DNA from: Clostridiales bacterium
Lineage (GTDB): Bacteria; Bacillota; Clostridia; Christensenellales; QALW01
DNA: 64,000 bases
Assembly (NCBI GenBank): GCA_015069575.1
Contig: SVIH01000007.1
Location: forward strand, 13,925-77,924
Direction of reading: 5' to 3'
The notes under the pieces were generated by a model. That model saw only the letters and a program-made list of their open reading frames with translations. It was not told where the DNA came from and did not search any database. A program made the position numbers and the translations under genes. This document shows, piece by piece, positions 20,920-30,037 of this stretch; positions within the stretch are counted from its first letter, which is position 1, and every line of letters begins with the position of its first letter.

Positions 20920-23220
20920 TTATAATTTATTTCTTTGTATTTTACCGCTTGTTGTTTTGGGAAGTTCATCTCTGAACACAACTATGCGGGGATATTTATA
21001 CGGTGCGGTACGCTGTTTTACGTATTCCTGAATTTCTTTCTTTAATTCTTCAGTAGCTTTTGTACCTTTAACAAGCACAATACTTGCTTTAACTACCTGA
21101 CCGCGAACCTCATCAGGCTCAGGTGAAACACCACATTCAAGAACGTAAGGAAGTTCCATAATAACGTTTTCAATTTCAAAAGGACCGATGCGGTAGCCTG
21201 ATGATTTAATAACATCATCAACCCTGCCAACATACCAGAAATAACCGTCTTCATCACGCCATGCAGTATCACCTGTGTGATAGAAGCCATCATGCATACA
21301 TTCGTTTGTTTTTTCAATATCGGTATAGTAACCATTAAACAAACCGCAAGGTACGCCGTTTGAAATATTAATACATATTTCACCAACTTCACCAACGGCA
21401 ACCGGCTGATCATCACTATCAAGAAGCTGAATATCGTAAAGCGGAACGGGTTTTCCCATTGAACCTAACCTTGCTTTTGTACCTGCAAGGTTTGCTAAAG
21501 CAACTGTTGTTTCCGTCTGCCCAAAGCCTTCCATAATCTGAAGACCTGTAGCTTTTTCAAACTGCCTGAAAACTTCGGGGTTTAAGGCTTCACCTGCTGT
21601 TGACATATGTTCTATAGTAGAAAGATCAAACTTGGAAAGATCTTGTTTGATCATCATTCTTAAGATTGTGGGCGGAGCACAGAATGTTGTAATGCCATAT
21701 TTTTTGAACATTGGCATAATATCGTTTGCATCAAAACGATCAAAATCATAAACGAAAATTCCTGCTTCGCAAAGCCACTGACCGTAAAGTTTGCCCCATG
21801 CAGCTTTAGCCCAACCGGTATCAGCAACTGTAAGATGTAAGCCATCTGAATTTACACAATGCCAATATTTTGCAGTAATAAAATGACCTAAAGGATATTT
21901 ATAATTGTGCATTGCAATTTTGGGATTGCCTGTTGTACCTGATGTAAAGTACATAAGCATTGGATCACTACCACAAGGTGTTTCTTCTGTTCTATCAAAT
22001 TTACCTGTATAAAGGCTGTATTCTTCATCAAAATTATGCCAGCCTTGGCGTGCTTCACCAACAATAATCTTGGTTTCAACACAGGGGCTTAATTCTGCTG
22101 CTTTATCAACCTCATCAGCAACGATACCGTCAGAAGTACAAATTATCATTTTTACATCTGCTTTATTGAAGCGGTATGTAATATCGTGTTCCTTTAACTG
22201 ATTTGTTGCAGGAATTGCTATTGCACCAATTTTATGAAGTGCAATCATACTGAACCAGAACTGATAATGGCGTTTTAAAATAAGCATTACCTTATCGCCT
22301 TTTTTAATGCCAAGCGATTTAAAATAGTTGGCAGTTTGTGAACTTGCGCGTTTAAGCTCGCCAAAGGTGAATTTACGCTCTTGTTTATCTTCAGCAATAT
22401 GAACCATAGCAATTTTATCTGCCTGTTCCCTGCCTAAGCGGTCAATAACATCGAAAGCAAAGTTGAATTTTTCTTCGTTTTTAAAGGATATTGCCTGTAA
22501 GATACCTGCTTCATCCTCAGTTGGAATAATAAAATCTTCCCAAACACGATTTTTCTTTACGCCATCCTTTTTCTTTTTAGGCGCAAAAACGAAATCTTTT
22601 GTACCGCCATGAACAAGCTGATGTGGTGATTCATTTGATGAATTAAGTACAAATGCATAGAAAATACAATCATCGTTTTCTACAGCTATCATTCCGTGAG
22701 GCTTTGATGAATCGTAATAAATACTATCGCCTTCGTGAAGAATTTCAACATGGTCACCGACCTGAACCTTTAAGGCGCCTTTAATTACGATATCACATTC
22801 CTGACCTTCGTGAGTTGTAAGTTCAATATCCTTATTTTGTGCGTTTTCATCATAATGGAAAACAACGTAAAGAGGCTCAGCAATACGGTTTTTAAAGCTT
22901 GATGCAAGGTTATAATAAGTCATACCGTGCGCTTTTTGAATTTCCTGTCCTTCACCCTTACGTGTTAAGGTGTATCCTGCAAGACGAGGACTTGTACCAT
23001 CAATAATATCCGTAACATCAACATTAAGGGCTAATGCGCACTTATACAAAAATGCAAAGTTAAGGTCATCCTGACCCATTTCACAGGCAATATATTCTTC
23101 TGTGCTTACACCTGTTTTCTGCGCCATTTCTTCAATAGATAAGCCAACGATTTCCCTTAACGTTTTGATTCGCTGTGCCATTTCCTGAATTTTAAATTCA
23201 AGACCTGTTGCAGTTTTCAT
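20920..23220 (-). CDS. XRE-HTH/cupin fused to acyl-CoA synthetase (copy under the Val T-box)
   Basis: N-terminal HTH (RIKTLREIVGLSIEEMA), cupin (HEGQE...GDSIYYDS..PHGM), and AMP-binding motifs YFTSGTTGNPK, GFGQTET, GRVDDVIKSSGYRI. Confidence 0.88.
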   Translation of the reverse strand: MKTATGLEFKIQEMAQRIKTLREIVGLSIEEMAQKTGVSTEEYIACEMGQDDLNFAFLYKCALALNVDVTDIIDGTSPRLAGYTLTRKGEGQEIQKAHGMTYYNLASSFKNRIAEPLYVVFHYDENAQNKDIELTTHEGQECDIVIKGALKVQVGDHVEILHEGDSIYYDSSKPHGMIAVENDDCIFYAFVLNSSNESPHQLVHGGTKDFVFAPKKKKDGVKKNRVWEDFIIPTEDEAGILQAISFKNEEKFNFAFDVIDRLGREQADKIAMVHIAEDKQERKFTFGELKRASSQTANYFKSLGIKKGDKVMLILKRHYQFWFSMIALHKIGAIAIPATNQLKEHDITYRFNKADVKMIICTSDGIVADEVDKAAELSPCVETKIIVGEARQGWHNFDEEYSLYTGKFDRTEETPCGSDPMLMYFTSGTTGNPKIAMHNYKYPLGHFITAKYWHCVNSDGLHLTVADTGWAKAAWGKLYGQWLCEAGIFVYDFDRFDANDIMPMFKKYGITTFCAPPTILRMMIKQDLSKFDLSTIEHMSTAGEALNPEVFRQFEKATGLQIMEGFGQTETTVALANLAGTKARLGSMGKPVPLYDIQLLDSDDQPVAVGEVGEICINISNGVPCGLFNGYYTDIEKTNECMHDGFYHTGDTAWRDEDGYFWYVGRVDDVIKSSGYRIGPFEIENVIMELPYVLECGVSPEPDEVRGQVVKASIVLVKGTKATEELKKEIQEYVKQRTAPYKYPRIVVFRDELPKTTSGKIQRNKL

Positions 23221-23249
23221 TTATTTTCCTCCGTTTTTTTGAGGTGAAC

Positions 23250-23520
23250 AATAAAAGCCCGCCTCAAAGATATGATTACTTTGAGACGAGCTAAAAATAC
23301 ACCCGCGGTACCACTCAAATTGCATAGTATATAACTACGCCCCTCAGGCTCAAACAAGCCTTATGCTTTTACGCAGCAATCACGGAAAGGTTCTACTAAA
23401 ACAAAATGTTTTTTCTTCCTTCCAGCTCAGAAGCTACAAACAAAATCATCGTTGTAATGGCTTACACCAACCGCCATCTCTCTAAACCTTTAACAACTTT
23501 GCCCTCTTCGTCAAAGCCTT
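23250..23520 (-). ncRNA. T-box riboswitch, specifier GUA (Val)
   Basis: Minus strand: GA motif CTTTGACGAAG/CTTCTGAG, AGAGAG, GGTGTAA, codon GTA (23437-23435) before g-CTTC, AGTA in stem II, T-box AATTTGAGTGGTACCGCG, and terminator gctcgtctcaaag...ctttgaggcgggc-tttt. Confidence 0.9.
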
Positions 23521-23535
23521 TTATAATATGGTCAA

Positions 23536-23565
23536 ATTATATCATATCCCATAAAAAATTGTCAA
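23536..23565 (-). promoter_or_regulatory. sigma-A promoter for the Val T-box unit
   Basis: TTGACA-18 nt-TATAAT with TGn. Confidence 0.75.
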
Positions 23566-23573
23566 CTGATTTT

Positions 23574-25841
23574 TTAAAGTTTATTGCGCATTATCTTACC
23601 GCTGATTGTCTTAGGAAGTTCATCACAGAACACAACAATTCTTGGGTATTTATAAGGTGCGGTATGGGATTTAACATATTCCTGAATTTCTTTCTTTAAG
23701 GCTTCTGTTTTCTCTGTTCCTTTAGTTAAAACTATGCTTGCTTTAACTACCTGACCCCTGATTTCATCAGGAGCAGCAGAAACACCACATTCAAGAACAT
23801 AAGGAAGTTCCATAATAACGCTTTCTATTTCAAAAGGCCCTATGCGGTAACCTGAAGACTTAATAACATCATCAATACGGGAAACGTACCAGAAATAGCC
23901 ATCTTCATCACGCCAGGCAGTATCCCCTGTGTGATATAAGCCATCATGCCAGGCATCTGTGGTTTTTTCATTATCAAGATAGTATTCTTTAAATAATCCA
24001 CAAGGTACATTTTTATCTGTATGAATTACGATTTCGCCTGTTTCACCGTTAGGTAACGAATTGCCATCAGGATCAACAATATCAACATCATACTGTGGTG
24101 AAGCCTTACCCATTGAGCCAATTTTGGGCGCTGTACCTCTTAAATTGCAGATGGTAAGGGTGGTTTCGGTTTGACCGAAGCCTTCCATAATCTCTAATCC
24201 CGTTGCCTTTTTAAATTGTTTATAAACCTCAGGATTAAGTGCTTCTCCTGCAGTAGTCAAATGATGAATTGAAGATAAATCGTATTTTGAAAGGTCTTCT
24301 TTAATAAGCATACGAAGCATCGTAGGTGGTGCACAGAAAGTTGTTATTTGATATTTTGCAAACATTGGTAAAATATCTGCAGCATCAAAACGATCAAAAT
24401 CATAAACAAAAACTGCACCTTCGCAGAGCCATTGACCGTAAAGTTTACCCCAAAGTGATTTACCCCAACCTGTATCAGAAATGGTAAGATGCAAGCCATC
24501 TCTTTCACAACAATGCCAATATTTTGCAGTAACAAAATGGCCTAAAGCATAAGTGTGTTTATGGCAAGCCATTTTGGGATTACCTGTTGTACCTGATGTA
24601 AAGAACATTAACGCTGCTTCATCACCTGAAGAAGTATCTTCACTTCTTTCAAACTTACCTGAAAAACGAACATATTCGCTGTTAAAATCATGCCAGCCCT
24701 CTTTTTGATCGCCAACAATGATTTTTGTTTCAACTTGCGGGCAATTTTTAGCGGCATTTTGGGCAATATTAGAAACATCACCATCAGAAGTACACACGAT
24801 AGCCTTTACGCCTGCGGCATTATAGCGGTATTCAAAATCGTGTTCCTTTAACTGATTTGTTGCAGGAATTGCTACTGCGCCTAACTTATGAAGGGCAACC
24901 ATAGAGAACCAGAACTGATAATGGCGTTTTAAAACAAGCATAACCTTATCGCCTTTTTTAATACCCAGTGAGGCAAAATAATTCGCAGTCTGATTTGATG
25001 CGCGCTTTATATCCTTAAAGGTAAAGCGTTTTTCGTTGTGATTTTTATCAACATAAAGCATTGCAAGTTTATCAGGATATTTATTTGCGATTTCATCAAC
25101 AACATCAAAACCAAAATTAAAGGAATCAGTATTTGTAAACTCTATATTCTCTAAAACGCCGTTTTCGTTTTCGTGACATTTAACGAATTTTTCGCAGATA
25201 AGAGATTCTGTTTTTTTAGTTGATGCAATACTTTCTCTTACAATCTCTTCCTTGGTGCTTTCACCAGGTAAAACTACTGCGCAGAAAACACATTCCTTGC
25301 CATCAACCGCAATCATACCGTGAGGCGTTGAAGAATCGTAATAAATACTATCGCCTTCGTGAAGAATTTCAACATTTTCACCAATTTGTACTTTAAGTGA
25401 GCCTGATAAAATCAAGTCGAATTCTTGGCCCGAATGCTTTGTTAAATGGATAGGTTTATCCTGTTGCAAAGGTGAATATTCATAACGAACCATATAAGGT
25501 TCGGCAATTTTATCGCGGAACTTTGGCGCAAGATTTTTAATATCAATGCCCTCTTCCTTTGCAGTAACCTGGCCCTGACCTTTTCTTGTTACGGTATAGC
25601 CTGAAAGGTGTGCGCCCTTGCCTTCAAGAAGCTCAGAAAGTTCAACATCAAAAACAAGTGCACATTTATGTATAAATGAGAAAGGAATATCTGCCTGACC
25701 GCCTTCATACTTGGTGTAAGCTTCAACTGTTACTTCGGTTTTTTGTGCCATTTCTTCAATAGAAAAACCCATAATATCACGCATTTCTTTAATTCGTGAT
25801 GCTATCTCCAAAAGTCGTGTCAAGGTTGTGTTAGTTTCCAT
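23574..25841 (-). CDS. XRE-HTH/cupin fused to acyl-CoA synthetase (copy under the Ile T-box)
   Basis: Paralog of 20920-23220; FFTSGTTGNPK, GFGQTET; start METNTT with RBS aaggag. Confidence 0.88.
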   Translation of the reverse strand: METNTTLTRLLEIASRIKEMRDIMGFSIEEMAQKTEVTVEAYTKYEGGQADIPFSFIHKCALVFDVELSELLEGKGAHLSGYTVTRKGQGQVTAKEEGIDIKNLAPKFRDKIAEPYMVRYEYSPLQQDKPIHLTKHSGQEFDLILSGSLKVQIGENVEILHEGDSIYYDSSTPHGMIAVDGKECVFCAVVLPGESTKEEIVRESIASTKKTESLICEKFVKCHENENGVLENIEFTNTDSFNFGFDVVDEIANKYPDKLAMLYVDKNHNEKRFTFKDIKRASNQTANYFASLGIKKGDKVMLVLKRHYQFWFSMVALHKLGAVAIPATNQLKEHDFEYRYNAAGVKAIVCTSDGDVSNIAQNAAKNCPQVETKIIVGDQKEGWHDFNSEYVRFSGKFERSEDTSSGDEAALMFFTSGTTGNPKMACHKHTYALGHFVTAKYWHCCERDGLHLTISDTGWGKSLWGKLYGQWLCEGAVFVYDFDRFDAADILPMFAKYQITTFCAPPTMLRMLIKEDLSKYDLSSIHHLTTAGEALNPEVYKQFKKATGLEIMEGFGQTETTLTICNLRGTAPKIGSMGKASPQYDVDIVDPDGNSLPNGETGEIVIHTDKNVPCGLFKEYYLDNEKTTDAWHDGLYHTGDTAWRDEDGYFWYVSRIDDVIKSSGYRIGPFEIESVIMELPYVLECGVSAAPDEIRGQVVKASIVLTKGTEKTEALKKEIQEYVKSHTAPYKYPRIVVFCDELPKTISGKIMRNKL

Positions 25842-25864
25842 TTTAATCTCTCCTTTTTTAAAAA

Positions 25865-26130
25865 ATAAAACCCGTCTCAAAAATTACTTTGAGACGAGTT
25901 TTGAATAACAAATACCCGCGGTACCACTCAATTTGCACAAAGTTTGTGCCACTTAAGGCTCAATTAAGCCCGATGCTTTTACGCAGCAATCACGGAAGAC
26001 GCCTACTGATAAAAATACTTTCGGATCTCCAGCTCAGAAGTGATAGGAATTATAATCTTTGTTTATCGGCTTTCACCAAATGCCGACTCTCTGAAAAACG
26101 TAAATTAAATCCGTCTTCGTCACAGCTTTT
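25865..26130 (-). ncRNA. T-box riboswitch, specifier AUC (Ile)
   Basis: GCTGTGACGAAG/CTTCTGAGC, CAGAGAG, GGTGAAA, codon ATC (26044-26042) before a-CTTC, T-box AATTGAGTGGTACCGCG, and terminator ctcgtctcaaag...ttgagacggg-tttt. Confidence 0.92.
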
Positions 26131-26148
26131 ATATTAAATTATGTGTAA

Positions 26149-26177
26149 ATATTAGCACACATTTTTTATGTTGTCAA
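26149..26177 (-). promoter_or_regulatory. sigma-A promoter for the Ile T-box unit
   Basis: TTGACA-17 nt-TAATAT with TGn. Confidence 0.7.
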
Positions 26178-26187
26178 CTGTTTTTTG

Positions 26188-28644
26188 CTATTTTTTGATA
26201 CCAAGAATTTTAATAGATTCATCGCGCATTTTGTACTTTAAAATCTTACCTGCCGCGTTCATTGGAAATTCCTTTGTAAAGATAAAATATCTTGGAACTT
26301 TATGTTTTGCCATATGGCTATTACCATATTCACGCATTTCGTCTTCAGAAGATTCTACCCCATCTTTAAGGATAATCCAAGCGCACGCTTCTTCACCGTA
26401 ACGTTGATCAGGAACACCAACAACCTGAACATCACGAACTTTATCGTTTGTTAAATAAAATTCTTCAATTTCCCTTGGATAAAGGTTTTCACCACCACGG
26501 ATTATCATGTCTTTTAAGCGGCCTGTAACCTTAAAGTAACCATCAGGTGTTCTGCAACAAATATCCCCTGAATGAAGCCAACCTTCAGCATCAATAGTCT
26601 GTTCCGTTGCTTTGGGCATCTTATAATAGCCTTTCATAATATTATAGCCCCTTGCAACGAATTCACCGTTTTCGCCATCAGGTAATTCTTCACCTGTTTC
26701 AGGATCGATTATCTTACATTCTACGCCCGGAAATGCGCTGCCAACAGTTTCAACACGATGATCAATATCTTCGTTAACTTCACCCATAGTACAGCCCGGT
26801 GAAGCCTCTGTCTGACCGTAAACTGAAATGATTTCTTTCATATTCATTTCATCGGCCGCTTTACGCATAAGTTCAGGGGGGCAGTTCGCACCTGCCATAA
26901 TACCTGTACGGATATATGAAAAATCTGTTTTTGCAAAATCTTCGTGATTAAACATCGCGATAAACATTGTGGGAACACCGTTAAAACAGGTGATTTTTTC
27001 ATTATTGATACAGGCAAGTGATGACTTTGGTGAGAAATATGGCATCGGGCAGATTGTTCCGCCATGTGTCATAAGATTTGTCATAGAAAGCACCATTCCA
27101 AAACAATGGAACATTGGCACTTGAATCATCATTCTGTCCGCAGTGGAAATATCCATACGGTCACCTATTATTTTACCGTTATTGATAATGTTATTATGGG
27201 TAAGCATAACGCCTTTGGGGAAGCCTGTTGTACCTGATGTGTATTGCATATTACAAACATCATCACTTTTAACAAGCTTTGCACGGCGGCGAACTTCTTC
27301 ATTGGGCACAAGCTCACTACGCTTAACAAAATCATCCCATTCCAAGCAACCATCCATATTAAAACCAACCGTTACAACATTGCGCAAGAACGGAAGAGTT
27401 TTTGAATAAAGAGGTGTGCCCGGCTGAATATCCTTTAATTCAGGGCAAAGTTCTTCAATAATTGCCTTATAATCAGAATCCTTGCAAGAATCTATCATAA
27501 CAAGGGTATGAGTATCGGACTGCCTTAAAAGGTATTCGGCTTCGTGAATCTTATATGCAGTATTAACAGTTACAAGAACTGCACCGATTTTAACTGTTGC
27601 CCAGAAGGTAAGGAACCACTCAGGTACATTTGTTGCCCAAATTGCAACATGATGACCGGGTTTAACGCCTAAGGAAATAAGTGCTGCGGCAACTTTATCA
27701 ACATCATCCCTGAACTGAGAATAAGTTCTTGTATAATCAAGTGTAGTATATTTAAATGCAAGTTGATCAGGATAACGCTCAACCATTTCATCGAGAACTT
27801 CAGAAAATGTTATATCAAGAACATCATATTTTGGCCATGGAAAAGTTCCTGTTTTTGAACGGTTATAATAAATTTCTTTTTGTTTAGTTGTGCCAAATTC
27901 GTTATTTGACATAAAGCTTACAAAATGTGTAAGAACAATATCGGGATCAGTTATTTCGTCGTTCCACAGTGCACAAACATATCCGTCATAATTAAGGCTT
28001 TTTAAAGCGTTTACAAAATCTTTAACGGGCAAATCGCCTTCACCAATCAATACATTTGTTTTGCCTGATTTATCACCAATTCGGACATATTGAATATATG
28101 CGCCAAGAGTTTGAATTGTGTTATCAGCTGATTCGTTGTTATTAAAATATGTTTCGCGAATATTCCAACTTACACCAATACAAGCTGTGCCAAACAAGTT
28201 AATTACATCAAGAACCTTTTTAGTATCTGATAAAGGCCCTTCTGTCTCAAGCAAAATTGAAATATCATATTTTTCAGCAGATTGAATTGCTAAAGAAAAT
28301 ACTTCCTTTAATTTTTCATCTGTTGGAATAGTTGAAAATTTTACTGTAACAGCAGAAACACCTGCATTTACTGCCATTTCAACGCATTGTTTAATATCTT
28401 CGCCGTTTGTATTTTCATCAATATATTCATTAAACGAGATAACGCTGATATTAATATGACGATTTACAAGTTTGCGTCTTGATGATGATTGATAGGAAGA
28501 ATGAAAAATACTATCACTGTGTTGCTTTTTTTCTTCTTTTGCATCAACAATTTCGAATCCCGCAAATCCATATTCACTTGTTAAATTGCAAAGTTCAAGA
28601 AATGAGCTTGCTTGAACATTATCGTTTGAAAACGCAAGTTTCAT
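26188..28644 (-). CDS. xylose-isomerase-like TIM barrel fused to acyl-CoA synthetase (under the Leu T-box)
   Basis: The N-terminal ~245 aa resemble a sugar-phosphate isomerase barrel (MKLAFS, YGFAGFEI, ILLET, IGEGDLP, YDGYV). The C-terminal part has MQYTSGTTGFPKG, VYGQTE, GRLKDMIIRGGEN. Confidence 0.82.
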   Translation of the reverse strand: MKLAFSNDNVQASSFLELCNLTSEYGFAGFEIVDAKEEKKQHSDSIFHSSYQSSSRRKLVNRHINISVISFNEYIDENTNGEDIKQCVEMAVNAGVSAVTVKFSTIPTDEKLKEVFSLAIQSAEKYDISILLETEGPLSDTKKVLDVINLFGTACIGVSWNIRETYFNNNESADNTIQTLGAYIQYVRIGDKSGKTNVLIGEGDLPVKDFVNALKSLNYDGYVCALWNDEITDPDIVLTHFVSFMSNNEFGTTKQKEIYYNRSKTGTFPWPKYDVLDITFSEVLDEMVERYPDQLAFKYTTLDYTRTYSQFRDDVDKVAAALISLGVKPGHHVAIWATNVPEWFLTFWATVKIGAVLVTVNTAYKIHEAEYLLRQSDTHTLVMIDSCKDSDYKAIIEELCPELKDIQPGTPLYSKTLPFLRNVVTVGFNMDGCLEWDDFVKRSELVPNEEVRRRAKLVKSDDVCNMQYTSGTTGFPKGVMLTHNNIINNGKIIGDRMDISTADRMMIQVPMFHCFGMVLSMTNLMTHGGTICPMPYFSPKSSLACINNEKITCFNGVPTMFIAMFNHEDFAKTDFSYIRTGIMAGANCPPELMRKAADEMNMKEIISVYGQTEASPGCTMGEVNEDIDHRVETVGSAFPGVECKIIDPETGEELPDGENGEFVARGYNIMKGYYKMPKATEQTIDAEGWLHSGDICCRTPDGYFKVTGRLKDMIIRGGENLYPREIEEFYLTNDKVRDVQVVGVPDQRYGEEACAWIILKDGVESSEDEMREYGNSHMAKHKVPRYFIFTKEFPMNAAGKILKYKMRDESIKILGIKK

Positions 28645-28646
28645 AA

Positions 28647-30017
28647 TTAATTTTCCTCATAAACAATTTTGTTAAGAGCATTCACATATGCGCGAATACA
28701 AGCGCCTACTATATCTGTTGAAACACCATTACCTGAATAAAGTTTGCCGTTTGCACGAAGGCGAATAAGTGATGAACCGACCGCTTCCCTGCCCTTTGTA
28801 ATTGACTGTACCTGAAAATCATCTAATTCATAATGATGACCTACAATCTGTTCAATAGCGTGGAATGCAGCATCAATAGGACCATCGCCTGTTGAAACAC
28901 CACTTAATTTTTCACCGTTCTTTTCTAAAGTGATGCTTGCTGTAGCAGTAATAATATTACCGTTGTTTACAACATAATTTACAAGATGGAATGTAGAGGG
29001 AACTTGCATTGCACTTGTTGCAATTATTGCTTCAAGTTCAGGGGCACCAATAACGCCTTTTTTTGCAATAACACGCTTGAATTCTTCAAAAACTTTACCG
29101 TTATCTTCACTTGTTAATTCATAACCAAGTGTTTTTGTAGCATTTGCAATATCGTTGATTGTAGCGTTTTCATCAAGACCTGAAAGGTTGATATTCTGAA
29201 CAGTCTGTTCAGTTTCAGCCTGTTTTTTACTTAAAATATCTTGAACAATTTTATGTATTTTTGTACTGTCAAGATTACATTCTGCCTGCATATCAAAAGA
29301 TTTTACTTTAAACACATCAGAAAGCGCGTCAATCGTAAGATAATTCTTATTTTCGGCACATTTAACACCATCTGCACCTGCTTTTATTGCTTCTAATGCT
29401 GAAGCTGCCGCCATATGTAATTTTTCATTTGGCTGAACAAAAACTAAAATATCTGTTTCGTTTTTAATTTCTGAAACTGCATTTTTAAAATCTTCAGGAA
29501 AATAAACGCCTGCATCATCGCAAATGGTAATTGACTGCACGCCGATTTCATTTAAAATTTTTGCAATTTCCTTAACAAAGCCATCTTCAGCCCTTGATGC
29601 ATCGCGTGCAACAAAGTGAATATTATTTGTTTTTTCCTTTGCTTTTAAACAGATTGCCTTGATTTTATCAAGCATTTTTGCACTTTTTAAGTGATACTGA
29701 TATTCCATCTGCACGGTTGAAACAGGTAAAACAACCTTAATACCCCACTGTTTTGCATCACAAATGGAAGCATATGCGCTATCAATAGCATCAATATTAT
29801 CAACTGAAACCAAAACACTTGCATTCTGTAATGAATTTGCAATAGTTCTGTAAACAACAGCATTTTCCTTTTCATTTAGTAATACGGGAAGTTCAATATA
29901 ATCAACACCGCTACCATCTAATAAAGTTGCGATATTTAATTTTTCCCTGAAAGTAAGGGGCTGTTTTTCTTCCTGTAAAACTGAAAGTGAAACGTCAGAA
30001 ACTGTAATTTTTTTCAT
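28647..30017 (-). CDS. 2-isopropylmalate synthase-like protein with a degenerate catalytic domain and intact C-terminal regulatory domain
   Basis: LeuA-like EKLNIA...GVDYIE, DASRA, and C-terminal GDGPIDA...STDIVGACIRAYVNALN. The RDGEQ and HxHND motifs are missing. Confidence 0.8.
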   Translation of the reverse strand: MKKITVSDVSLSVLQEEKQPLTFREKLNIATLLDGSGVDYIELPVLLNEKENAVVYRTIANSLQNASVLVSVDNIDAIDSAYASICDAKQWGIKVVLPVSTVQMEYQYHLKSAKMLDKIKAICLKAKEKTNNIHFVARDASRAEDGFVKEIAKILNEIGVQSITICDDAGVYFPEDFKNAVSEIKNETDILVFVQPNEKLHMAAASALEAIKAGADGVKCAENKNYLTIDALSDVFKVKSFDMQAECNLDSTKIHKIVQDILSKKQAETEQTVQNINLSGLDENATINDIANATKTLGYELTSEDNGKVFEEFKRVIAKKGVIGAPELEAIIATSAMQVPSTFHLVNYVVNNGNIITATASITLEKNGEKLSGVSTGDGPIDAAFHAIEQIVGHHYELDDFQVQSITKGREAVGSSLIRLRANGKLYSGNGVSTDIVGACIRAYVNALNKIVYEEN

Positions 30018-30037
30018 AAAATAGACTCCTTTAAAAA

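Noticed and set aside
23406-23699. 97-aa plus-strand ORF
   Set aside because: It is antisense to the Val T-box leader and the ligase 3' end, has no RBS, and is explained by the riboswitch.
25889-26137. 82-aa plus-strand ORF
   Set aside because: It is antisense to the Ile T-box and has no coding features.
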